Positions 9,268-17,618 of a stretch of DNA of 64,000 nucleotides are shown one piece after another. Made by a program: the position numbers and the translations under genes. Source of the DNA: a virus (lineage: Duplodnaviria > Caudoviricetes); IMG/VR virus record IMGVR_UViG_3300033066_001617, positions 4,145-68,144 of that record. One strand, given 5' to 3'. The stretch's first letter is position 1, and every line of letters begins with the position of its first letter. The notes under the pieces are model-generated. The model did not search any database. It was not told the DNA's origin and saw only the letters and a program-made list of their open reading frames with translations.

Positions 9268-9746
9268 CTCCGAAAGAACGGGCAATCCACGCTTTCTCAC
9301 TTCGCCTCTTTCGAGAGCACTGGTCCGAGCTTTCGGTCAATGATAAATCCGCCATCATCGGCAGCATCGTCGTAGCCAGTGAGATCATTCGCGGATACAC
9401 CGGTCCGCAGATTAAGAGCAGACTCGTGAGTGAACGAGGATGCTGCGGAATGGGTGTCCTTGGAAAAGCCCTGGGCCTGAAGACCTATCACCCAAGCGGT
9501 GAAGAGGATAGATTGGCCTTCAAGACGCCTGCCGGTCACCGAGCCACTGCACGTTTCATTCTCGCCTCTCTAGACGTGCCGATCCATCTATCTTCGAAAT
9601 TTATCTCTTGGAATGATGAACAAAGCCTGTCCTTTCGTGAGATCGGTGATCAGCTCTACATGATCGCCCAAGACCTGACGAAGAACTCCGAAAATCTGGA
9701 TGAAAGCATCTGGTTTCGGATGGACAATCAACATAGTGCCACGTGA
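9264..9746 (+). CDS. hypothetical protein
   Basis: 160-aa ORF, coupled; GCCGMGVL and WND...SFREIGD motifs. Confidence 0.6.
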   Translation: MTPKERAIHAFSLRLFREHWSELSVNDKSAIIGSIVVASEIIRGYTGPQIKSRLVSERGCCGMGVLGKALGLKTYHPSGEEDRLAFKTPAGHRATARFILASLDVPIHLSSKFISWNDEQSLSFREIGDQLYMIAQDLTKNSENLDESIWFRMDNQHSAT

Positions 9747-9790
9747 CGTCCCGTAGGCTACACTAAGCCCGCCACCAACAGGGAAACATC

Positions 9791-10219
9791 ATGGACACGG
9801 GCGTCATCACTGGGAATGAGCACCAGACTCTCAGCAACGAGGAGCTGGAGCGGATGAGGGAGAACTGGAATAATGGTGGCCTCGATTCGCACGACATCGG
9901 TCGCATGTTCCAGGAGATCGACTGGCTGAAGATCCAGCAGACCAATCCTCGTCTCGAGCTCGTGTCCAAGTCGATGACTCGTGACCAGTTCGACGAAGAA
10001 TTCACCAAGGCGACCGATGGCGAAGTCACTTGGTCAATTCCGAAAATCCTCGCCAGGGTCTGGAAATACGTGCTGATCGACGGCGAACATGAAGAGAAGA
10101 TCCTTGTCGCCATGTGGAGGAGCGGGATTCTCCATTATCCCCGTGTTTTCGACGGCCAATATCACGAAGGAGACCTTGTCGCCTTCGTGGGAATTTCGCA
10201 GCCGGTCCGGGAAGGCTAA
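9791..10219 (+). CDS. hypothetical protein
   Basis: 142-aa ORF downstream of CTACACTAA (9758-9766). Confidence 0.6.
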   Translation: MDTGVITGNEHQTLSNEELERMRENWNNGGLDSHDIGRMFQEIDWLKIQQTNPRLELVSKSMTRDQFDEEFTKATDGEVTWSIPKILARVWKYVLIDGEHEEKILVAMWRSGILHYPRVFDGQYHEGDLVAFVGISQPVREG

Positions 10220-10221
10220 TC

Positions 10222-10719
10222 ATGCAGAAGAATGGGCAGCTTCTCCTGATCCACAGGGGCTTTCACTGGGCCGACGAACCTCCTTCCGAAGGCTTCATTC
10301 CAGATCGGTTCCGTGTTGAGGATGCTTGGAAGGTCGTTACGAATCCGATACATCATGTCGTAAAGGGTGTTCGCCCCCAAGGCACCTCCGGTCATAAGCA
10401 GTATGCTCAGTTTGATCTGCACGCCGGAGTTTATTTTGATGCGAATAATATGGTTCAATGGCAGAAATTCCGCGAACCTATTCGAACCAGCGGGCGTATG
10501 AAGGCTGAGATCCACGCGCTCTTCTATAGTTTCGGCAACAACACAGCCGAAATGAAGGAGATCCTGCAATCTTTCCTCTTCGCAATTCCTGACGATCAGG
10601 TCGTCACGCGCTACATTCGTGGGGAACCGCTCTCCTACACGATCGAATCTATGCACAAGCTCTGTGAGGATCTCTATGTCTACTTCGGAGGACAACCCTC
10701 CCCAGGAGCCGAAGTCTGA
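10222..10719 (+). CDS. hypothetical protein
   Basis: Probable ATG at 10222, right after the previous stop. Confidence 0.55.
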   Translation: MQKNGQLLLIHRGFHWADEPPSEGFIPDRFRVEDAWKVVTNPIHHVVKGVRPQGTSGHKQYAQFDLHAGVYFDANNMVQWQKFREPIRTSGRMKAEIHALFYSFGNNTAEMKEILQSFLFAIPDDQVVTRYIRGEPLSYTIESMHKLCEDLYVYFGGQPSPGAEV

Positions 10720-11086
10720 GGCGACTTCGGAGGTCAATGGCAACCATTCTGCGGTCATCGTTCCGACTGGGCGACAGTATTATCTGGATCTCGATGATCC
10801 GAGTGTCATCCAGCAGATCCAGCAGCAAATCGGGGCTCTCGGGCTGCATCAACAGATCGCCCAGGCCATCCTGAACGTCATCGGGAACTGGATCCAATTT
10901 CAACCACGTCTGGTCGGACCACGTCCTCGCATGTCTCAGACCGGCGGAATTCCGGTGTCGATCGAAGATCTCATGCAGCCGTTTCTCGAAGCCCATATGA
11001 AGGCCGAGGCGATGGCTCGTGCAGAGAAACCGCAAGCGGATGAGCAGGATACCCCCCCTGCTCCAAGGAGAAAGCTCGATGGTTGA
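10667..11086 (+). CDS. hypothetical Gln/Pro-rich protein (start uncertain)
   Basis: Within track ORF 10619..11086. Confidence 0.45.
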   Translation, partial: RISMSTSEDNPPQEPKSEATSEVNGNHSAVIVPTGRQYYLDLDDPSVIQQIQQQIGALGLHQQIAQAILNVIGNWIQFQPRLVGPRPRMSQTGGIPVSIEDLMQPFLEAHMKAEAMARAEKPQADEQDTPPAPRRKLDG

Positions 11087-11435
11087 ACTCAATAAGACGA
11101 ACCTCAAGGTCGTCGCAGATCATCTTCGAATCATCCCATCCGAACAATTCGATATGTGTGGATGGATTCAGGAGAACACCGAATGCGGGACGAAAGCCTG
11201 CATCGGCGGCCACACAGTTCTTCTTCTCGGCAACAGGAAAGATCGGGCCAAATACGCGAATATCTCTGACTATGCGGCCTATCTACTGGGTCTCACGGAG
11301 GAGCAAGAGAAACTCCTATTCTGCGGTGGCTGGGCGGATTCCGATAATATCGAAGCGGCGGATGTTCTTGACGAACTCCGAACGACCGGCAAGATCAACG
11401 AAGAGTGGGCCGACGGATGTGACAAGGCCGTATAG
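11079..11435 (+). CDS. hypothetical protein
   Basis: ATG at 11079 after AAGGAG; FDMCGW...CGTKACIGGH motif. Confidence 0.6.
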   Translation: MVELNKTNLKVVADHLRIIPSEQFDMCGWIQENTECGTKACIGGHTVLLLGNRKDRAKYANISDYAAYLLGLTEEQEKLLFCGGWADSDNIEAADVLDELRTTGKINEEWADGCDKAV

Positions 11436-11483
11436 GTCCTGAGGACTATCCGGCCCGGCTTATCTATCATCTACCCTGCTATA

Positions 11484-11948
11484 GTGCCCATGGTGCGCAG
11501 GGACATGGGTTCCTCACCTGATAGCTTCGGCATGATGGGAAAAGAAATGATCTCTCCTCGTCGACTCTGGGTCGGCGTACAGAACGATGGTCTTGCGATC
11601 ATCGACCGTCCTCCTTCTCCCACTCCGTATGACGGACCCATTCCTGGCGGTCGCCAGACCAACGTCATCGCGAAGATGATGGAGAACGACAGGAACGCGA
11701 ACGAAGTGGCAGGACTGATGGCGGCCGGTCCGGAATTCGTCGATCTCATCAAATTAATCTGCCGCGGCCATTTCTATTCTCTGCCGATCGAGATCCGAAA
11801 GCATATCCAGTATGTCGCTCGAGATCATGGGATCGATATACAGATACCGAGACCTCGTAACGTTGCGGAGGGTGGCCCTCCACCGACTCTCGCGGACCTG
11901 AGTGATTCCTCGTACATGCAGGGCATCATGGCGAGGACGAAGAAATGA
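11484..11948 (+). CDS. hypothetical protein (start uncertain)
   Basis: 154-aa ORF. Confidence 0.5.
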   Translation: MPMVRRDMGSSPDSFGMMGKEMISPRRLWVGVQNDGLAIIDRPPSPTPYDGPIPGGRQTNVIAKMMENDRNANEVAGLMAAGPEFVDLIKLICRGHFYSLPIEIRKHIQYVARDHGIDIQIPRPRNVAEGGPPPTLADLSDSSYMQGIMARTKK

Positions 11949-12002
11949 TCGTCGGCGTCTCGTGAAAGCTCAGCGAAAACAAGCCCAACGCAACCGGAGA
12001 TC

Positions 12003-12908
12003 ATGATGTTCAGCCAGTCTGTCATACTCTATCACGCCGACTGCATCGACGGCTTCACGTCGGCGTGGGTTGCTCGGAAGAAACTGAGCAACACGGATAT
12101 CGTTCCGGTCAAATATGGGGATCCATTTCCGAATGGGCTCGACGGTTGCGTCGTCTACGTTCTCGACTTCTCCTATCCTCGAGACGTACTGGACAAACTC
12201 ATGTCCATCGCCAAGACCGTCATCATTCTCGATCATCACAAGACGGCGGTAGAGAATCTCAAAGATGTTCCGAAGATCGACTGGAACTTCACCACGGAGC
12301 CGGATGATCTTCGCGGCGCCCACGCGCTCTTCGACATGTCGAAGTCCGGCGCCCGCCTCTCCTGGGAGTATTTTCTTCCGGAGGCGCGGCCCAATCGTCT
12401 CGTGAAATACGTCGAAGACTATGATCTGTGGAATTTCTCCATGGAGCATACTCGTGAGATCCACGAGTATTTGGAGATCCACAACCAGGATATCGACACT
12501 TGGGATAAACTCTCCCATGAGATGGAGTGGGACTTCAGCAAAGTCGTCTGGGTCGGCGATCTCCTTCTGACGGCGAAGATGAGTCAGGTCGGACAGCTCA
12601 CCAAGGGCGCCAGGATCAGCGAGATGCGTTGGGGACCGAACAATTCCCCATGCAAGGTCGCCGTGGTTCCGGCTCCGTACAGTCTGACCAGTTTCACAGG
12701 CGAAGAGTTGATCAAGCAGGGCTTTCCCATCGCTCTGCTGTGGCGATCTTCCGGAGAATTCATCGAAGTCAGTCTTCGCTCCGAGAAAGGAGGAGACTAC
12801 GACGTTTCCGCAATCGCCAAGCGTTACGGAGGCGGCGGTCACGCTTCAGCCGCCGGATTCCGTATTCCTCGGAGTGACCTTTACAATTGGGTGGATTTGC
12901 TGCTGTGA
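12003..12908 (+). CDS. DHH/DHHA1 phosphoesterase (nanoRNase-like)
   Basis: HADCIDG, LDFS, ILDHHKTA, SLRS and YGGGGHASAAGF motifs. Confidence 0.85.
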   Translation: MMFSQSVILYHADCIDGFTSAWVARKKLSNTDIVPVKYGDPFPNGLDGCVVYVLDFSYPRDVLDKLMSIAKTVIILDHHKTAVENLKDVPKIDWNFTTEPDDLRGAHALFDMSKSGARLSWEYFLPEARPNRLVKYVEDYDLWNFSMEHTREIHEYLEIHNQDIDTWDKLSHEMEWDFSKVVWVGDLLLTAKMSQVGQLTKGARISEMRWGPNNSPCKVAVVPAPYSLTSFTGEELIKQGFPIALLWRSSGEFIEVSLRSEKGGDYDVSAIAKRYGGGGHASAAGFRIPRSDLYNWVDLLL

Positions 12909-13294
12909 AGATCCCCAGATTTCTCCAGCCCGTGTTCCAGATCTGTCCGAAATGTTTTACGATCATACACATCGGCACTCGATCTGGTCGTCTACCGTCG
13001 GCCAATCAGCCCGTGGCGAACAAACCCAAGACGGAGAAAGAACTTTCCTTTCCGGATCATCCTCGCATTCCAGGGCATCCTCTGCCGTACATGGACGTCG
13101 CCGAGATCCTGCTGGCGGAACTCGTCACGGCGTATGAGAAGCTCCATTGGGACTCACAGCCCGGAAAAGGTCTCGCCAAGCAGTCTCCGACAGACCAACG
13201 TTACATCGAGGCCGTCGCCTGGGTCAATCGTCGTGAAATAGCGGACCGAGAGGCCGCAGAGAGGGAGGCCGAGTCAGATGGGTCATTACGATGA
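12887..13294 (+). CDS. hypothetical protein
   Basis: 135-aa ORF in the chain. Confidence 0.5.
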   Translation: MGGFAAVKIPRFLQPVFQICPKCFTIIHIGTRSGRLPSANQPVANKPKTEKELSFPDHPRIPGHPLPYMDVAEILLAELVTAYEKLHWDSQPGKGLAKQSPTDQRYIEAVAWVNRREIADREAAEREAESDGSLR

Positions 13295-13505
13295 ATGCTA
13301 TGAAGAAGATGAGAGGCAGGACGCCAAAGCCCGGCTGAAAAGACTCGAAGAGCACGCGAAGACCCGTCCTCCGGAAGAAAATATCCAGGAGAAAATCCTC
13401 AAGAGACTCCAGGCTGTGGAGAGACGAGCTCGCTTAGAAGTTCCATCCGAGGACCTCACCAACGCTGAGTTCGATGCGGAAATTCGCATTTTGAAGGAGT
13501 GGTAG
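13278..13505 (+). CDS. hypothetical protein
   Basis: 75-aa charged ORF. Confidence 0.5.
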   Translation: MGHYDECYEEDERQDAKARLKRLEEHAKTRPPEENIQEKILKRLQAVERRARLEVPSEDLTNAEFDAEIRILKEW

Positions 13506-13856
13506 GTGACAGTCTACGTCGATGACGTCCGACATCATTTCGGCCGGATGATCATGTGTCACATGTGGGCTGACACGGTGCTGGAACTTCATGCTTTCGC
13601 AGACCGTCTGGGTCTGAAGCGTTCATGGTTTCAGGAGCCACCCAAGGCGTCCTGGCAGCATTACGACATCTCGATCGGCAAGAAGATCGATGCTATCAAG
13701 ATGGGCGCCGTGCTCACGGACAAATATGGTCCGTTCGAGCATATCGGCAACCAACTTCTCAAATCCAGTCACCACATGGACATTGAAGAAGGTCATCGCA
13801 AGCTCGAATGGGTAAAGGAGCAACGAGAAAAGGCCATCGCCAGAAGCAAGGCGTAG
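13506..13856 (+). CDS. DUF4031-family protein
   Basis: MTVYVDD...MCHMWADTVLELHAFADRLGLKRSWFQ...HYDI. Confidence 0.8.
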   Translation: MTVYVDDVRHHFGRMIMCHMWADTVLELHAFADRLGLKRSWFQEPPKASWQHYDISIGKKIDAIKMGAVLTDKYGPFEHIGNQLLKSSHHMDIEEGHRKLEWVKEQREKAIARSKA

Positions 13857-13884
13857 ATCCATCTTTAACTGAGGAGTGAAATCC

Positions 13885-14370
13885 ATGTCACGTTCCAATG
13901 CACCGATCCCAGGCATCTGTCGGGTGTTCGCGAACAAGTGCGATGTCCAAGAGATTCCCGGCAGCGCGAGCAATCCCTTTATCATGATGCTCTGGGATCG
14001 TCTGGGTGTTCACCCCCAGAACGACGAGGGTCTCGAGTGGTGCGCCGCGTGCGCGGACTGGGGTCTCGGCGAAATGGGCTGGCCCAAGCCCAGCGATTAT
14101 CTTGACCCGAAGTATCAGGCGGCGTCGCCCGAGGCTTACAGATTCCTCGGCAATGCGATCCCAAAGCCAGTCGCTGGCGCCATGGGAATCAAGATCGTCA
14201 ATGGCAAGGCCGTCCATGTGACCTTCGTCCTCGGCGTGTCCGACAATGGCAAGACGTTCCTGGCAATCGGCGGCAACATGAACGGTGGTCAGATCACGGT
14301 CGTCGAGACCAGGACAGTGGACTACATCTTCCGCTGGGTCGATCCCAATAATCCGGCGCCGACCGAGTAA
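13885..14370 (+). CDS. TIGR02594-like NlpC/P60-related (Cys/His) protein
   Basis: EIPGSASNPFI...WCAACA...HVTFV...IGGN pattern. Confidence 0.7.
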   Translation: MSRSNAPIPGICRVFANKCDVQEIPGSASNPFIMMLWDRLGVHPQNDEGLEWCAACADWGLGEMGWPKPSDYLDPKYQAASPEAYRFLGNAIPKPVAGAMGIKIVNGKAVHVTFVLGVSDNGKTFLAIGGNMNGGQITVVETRTVDYIFRWVDPNNPAPTE

Positions 14371-14435
14371 TCCATCAATCCGCAATTCCAGACCCCGCCC
14401 TCCGCCGCGGGGTCGGACCACGTTTGGAGATCTAA

Positions 14436-14828
14436 ATGGCCAAGTCTCATACTCTCATGGTCCTGATGTGCAATCCCATCTACCACATCGATGACTATGA
14501 AGGAGTGACCTCCTCCGACATCTCAGAGCGGGGCAATCTCTTCATCTACTATGGCGAAAATGGGGACAGTGCCGTGATCATGAATGGCACGTTTCAAGCG
14601 GTCTCCAGCAATCCTCAGGACAGAGCAAAATTTGAGGCGTGGGCAGAGATGAACAATCAGGGCGAGGAGTTTATCACACGTCACATACAGGAGGAACGAG
14701 TCCTCTCAGCACTCAAAGATCATGGATACTCCATTCCAAGTGGGGATGAGCTCAAATCCATGAGAGAGATCCTTTACCCGAAACCTTCTTGGCCCAAGAG
14801 TGGAGGTATTCCGCCCGTAACCTCCTGA
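14436..14828 (+). CDS. hypothetical protein
   Basis: 130-aa ORF with GGAGA SD. Confidence 0.55.
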   Translation: MAKSHTLMVLMCNPIYHIDDYEGVTSSDISERGNLFIYYGENGDSAVIMNGTFQAVSSNPQDRAKFEAWAEMNNQGEEFITRHIQEERVLSALKDHGYSIPSGDELKSMREILYPKPSWPKSGGIPPVTS

Positions 14829-14834
14829 GGTATC

Positions 14835-15044
14835 ATGTACAAGACATACGAAGATGCTATGTCTGAACTAGATCGCCTGAGAAAAGATCCAGATGTGATC
14901 CGCCAGCTCGCCGGGCTGATCAGTCCTGGTGGAGGGGACAAAGCCCGTCAGAAAGCCCAGCGACTCCTCCAAGATATCGAGCATCGTCTTCTTTGGAAGA
15001 AGCGCACATTTGAAGAAGCGAAGATTCCCATCACGGCTACCTAA
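14835..15044 (+). CDS. hypothetical protein
   Basis: 69-aa ORF with GAGG SD. Confidence 0.5.
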   Translation: MYKTYEDAMSELDRLRKDPDVIRQLAGLISPGGGDKARQKAQRLLQDIEHRLLWKKRTFEEAKIPITAT

Positions 15045-15078
15045 CGTCCCAAAGACTATTTGACCCTACCGTCTGTCA

Positions 15079-15097
15079 ATCCGCCGCCCTATACTAA
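15079..15097 (+). promoter_or_regulatory. repeated early promoter-like element (ATCCGCCGCCCTATACTAA)
   Basis: 18/19 identical to 2038-2056; TATACT -10; lies 22 bp before the ATG at 15120. Confidence 0.6.
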
Positions 15098-15119
15098 GCC
15101 AACAACATGGGCGGCGGAC

Positions 15120-15461
15120 ATGAGGCTGGCAGAGCTTAAATCCATCGTGCAGAACGGCCGGTTCTTTACCGTAGTCTTCATAAAGAGGACTGACGGAGCC
15201 ATCCGTACGATGAGAGCTCGGACAGGTGTCCATCGCCATTTGATCGGTGGCGAGCGCCCCTACGATCCGGACGAGAAGGGTTTGTTGATCGTGTATGACA
15301 TCGAAAGACGCGGCTATCGCGCCATCCCAGCCGAGAACGTGCTGGGTATCCATGCGAACGGTCAAGTCTACACGGCCAATGCAGACACCGTAAAACCTGC
15401 CACGGGCGGCGCGGCGCGGGCCGGTATTGGCATGGCGCGGCGGCCCAGAGTAGGCTCATAG
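15120..15461 (+). CDS. SH3-fold / WYL_2 (DUF2693)-like phage protein
   Basis: FFTVVFIKRTDGAIRTMRA...LLIVYDIERRGYRAIPAENV. Confidence 0.65.
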   Translation: MRLAELKSIVQNGRFFTVVFIKRTDGAIRTMRARTGVHRHLIGGERPYDPDEKGLLIVYDIERRGYRAIPAENVLGIHANGQVYTANADTVKPATGGAARAGIGMARRPRVGS

Positions 15462-15493
15462 GCGCGTTTGTGGGGCGCAGGAGGTCTCTAAAC

Positions 15494-15949
15494 ATGGCAA
15501 AAACCACGGTAGCCAAGCGCACGCGGCGCGGTAGAGCGGGTCTCGCATATCGTGGTCCGGACGCGTTCACGACCAACATGAGAGATCGCCGTGACCGTAT
15601 CGGCGGCGTGAAGTGGACCCAACGAGACGGAACAAAGATCTGTCTTCGGGACATGACTCTCGAGCACATCGGCAAGTGCATCATCATGTTGATGAAGAAG
15701 ATCGAGGACAACGAACAAAAGGAAGCCTCCAGCAGCGGTGGCTCACTTTCTGGCGGGGAGTTCTCTCAAATGGAGGCCGAACTCTCAGATGCATATCTTC
15801 GTCACGAAATCCGTCGCTTGAAAGCGATGATCTCCATTTTTCGTGACGAACTCATGTTCCGGGCAATGCCGGAATTCACGCCGGATGATTTCCGCGCAGT
15901 AGCAGACAAAGGGGAGACTTCAGGTGCCGTCGATCACAGTATCAAATGA
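15494..15949 (+). CDS. hypothetical protein
   Basis: ATG at 15494 after GGAGG. Confidence 0.55.
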   Translation: MAKTTVAKRTRRGRAGLAYRGPDAFTTNMRDRRDRIGGVKWTQRDGTKICLRDMTLEHIGKCIIMLMKKIEDNEQKEASSSGGSLSGGEFSQMEAELSDAYLRHEIRRLKAMISIFRDELMFRAMPEFTPDDFRAVADKGETSGAVDHSIK

Positions 15950-17597
15950 CTTCTTTCGCCGTGAGAAGAACCACCTCTACGGCAACTGGCGGATGGCGTT
16001 CTGGCGCGAACTGTTCCAGAACAGCGTGGACGCTGGCTCGACCGAAATCCACATTTCCTACTCCTGGGTGAAGACCAAGGACAAGGAACATTCGTGGGGC
16101 AACGATGAAGGTCGTGCCGAAATTTCCTTCGCCGATAACGGGCACGGCATGACCCAGGACGTTCTCGAAAACGTCTACTACGTCCTGGGCAAGACCACGA
16201 AGAACGACGGATCCACGGTCGGTGGTTTCGCCCGTGCCCGCATCCTCACCAATTTCGCCATGGACGAATATCAGATCCACACGCTCGACAATCTCGTGAA
16301 GGGCAGCGGATCTCACTATGACATAACGAAGACGGATTTCTATCAAGGTTGCATTCAGACCATCTGGAATTCGGAGGATGACTCCGGGTCGCTTCCTGTC
16401 ACTCTGATGGAATATCTCGCCCGCTGCGACATGCGACACCCGACCACCGGCGAGTCAGTACGAATCTTCTTCAATGGTGACGAGATCCACACGCGATGCA
16501 TCGCTGGTCGTGCTTATCGCGAGATGCTCGACGAAATGGACTTCCTGCGTGAGAGATTCTCCGGCGAGGTCTGGGCCACCCTCTATGAGGGAACGAAACA
16601 CGATACCGGAAACATGGTCCATATCCGTGCCCATGGCAACGAGATGTTCTCCATCTCAACTACCACAGAACGGTCGTATATTCTTGAGTTGGAACCCAGC
16701 CGGTCCCGTGAAGTGCTTTCGGCATCTCGGGATAACCTGAAGAATGCGTTCCAGTCTATTCTCAACAAGTTCATCCAGAAAATGGTGAGCGACGAAGAAG
16801 AGGCCCGCAATCCACCAAAGACGATCGAAGAGCGGTTCTATGAGGGCACCGGCTGGACGAAGACCGCCAAGGCCGGCGGCGACGATATTCACGTCATGAC
16901 CCGGCAGGAAGCCGAAGCGAAGGGCTTTAGTCTAAATACATTGATCGGTGAACTCCAAGGAGACTGGAGACTCATCTACTCCAAGGAATTCCATGAAAGG
17001 GGCGGCCAGTACGAATCAACCGAAGAGGGCTACAAGGTCCCTGTGAAACACCTCGTGCCGGCTACCCCAATGCTCATCCAGGGCACGAACCCCAAACTCT
17101 GGCAGTTGGCGGATCAATACGATCCGAACAACTGGTTCATCAACATCAACGGAAATATGGTCCACACCGGCAAGTGGATCAATAATTTCAACCTGCTCGC
17201 CATGTGGAAAGAAGCCTGCCGCTTGGCGATGCAAGTTATCGTCGATCATGAGATCGCGGACAAGAGTGTCCTGTGGTGCGCCGGCTTCGTGATATCGGAT
17301 GATCCAGATACTGTGGCTCTAAATCTCAGGGATTGGGGCTATCACGAGGTCAACGGGGAGCAAACCTATGACGAGGCTTATCGCCTCATGCTCAACCCGC
17401 TAGACGAAGATCTTCTGCCGAAATACAAGCTCGGAAAGGCAGAGCATCTCCGCAAGATTCTCGCTGCGGCGGCGCACGAGGTGTGTCACTGTTTCCATCA
17501 TGATCACACCGCCAGCTTTGCGGCTCTTCTCACCGAGTTCCTCGAAAAGCATGTCCAGGCCGATATGTTGTCCTCGATGAGGGCGGCCCGCTTCTAA
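15924..17597 (+). CDS. GHKL (HATPase_c) ATPase with C-terminal HEXXH metalloprotease-like motif
   Basis: RELFQNSVDA (N box), FADNGHGM (G1), LGKTTK, GGF; C-terminal AAAHEVCHCFHHDH...F. Confidence 0.75.
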   Translation: MPSITVSNDFFRREKNHLYGNWRMAFWRELFQNSVDAGSTEIHISYSWVKTKDKEHSWGNDEGRAEISFADNGHGMTQDVLENVYYVLGKTTKNDGSTVGGFARARILTNFAMDEYQIHTLDNLVKGSGSHYDITKTDFYQGCIQTIWNSEDDSGSLPVTLMEYLARCDMRHPTTGESVRIFFNGDEIHTRCIAGRAYREMLDEMDFLRERFSGEVWATLYEGTKHDTGNMVHIRAHGNEMFSISTTTERSYILELEPSRSREVLSASRDNLKNAFQSILNKFIQKMVSDEEEARNPPKTIEERFYEGTGWTKTAKAGGDDIHVMTRQEAEAKGFSLNTLIGELQGDWRLIYSKEFHERGGQYESTEEGYKVPVKHLVPATPMLIQGTNPKLWQLADQYDPNNWFININGNMVHTGKWINNFNLLAMWKEACRLAMQVIVDHEIADKSVLWCAGFVISDDPDTVALNLRDWGYHEVNGEQTYDEAYRLMLNPLDEDLLPKYKLGKAEHLRKILAAAAHEVCHCFHHDHTASFAALLTEFLEKHVQADMLSSMRAARF

Positions 17598-17609
17598 CGG
17601 GCCGCCCTC
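17579..17609. terminator. perfect 12-bp hairpin at the convergence of the + and - transcription blocks
   Basis: GAGGGCGGCCCG-cttctaa-CGGGCCGCCCTC; no clear U-tract. Confidence 0.5.
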
Positions 17610-17618
17610 CGTTCGACC

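Noticed and set aside
10682-10732. 10-bp direct repeat ACTTCGGAGG
   Set aside because: Too short, lies in coding sequence and partly reflects SD-like sequence; compatible with chance.
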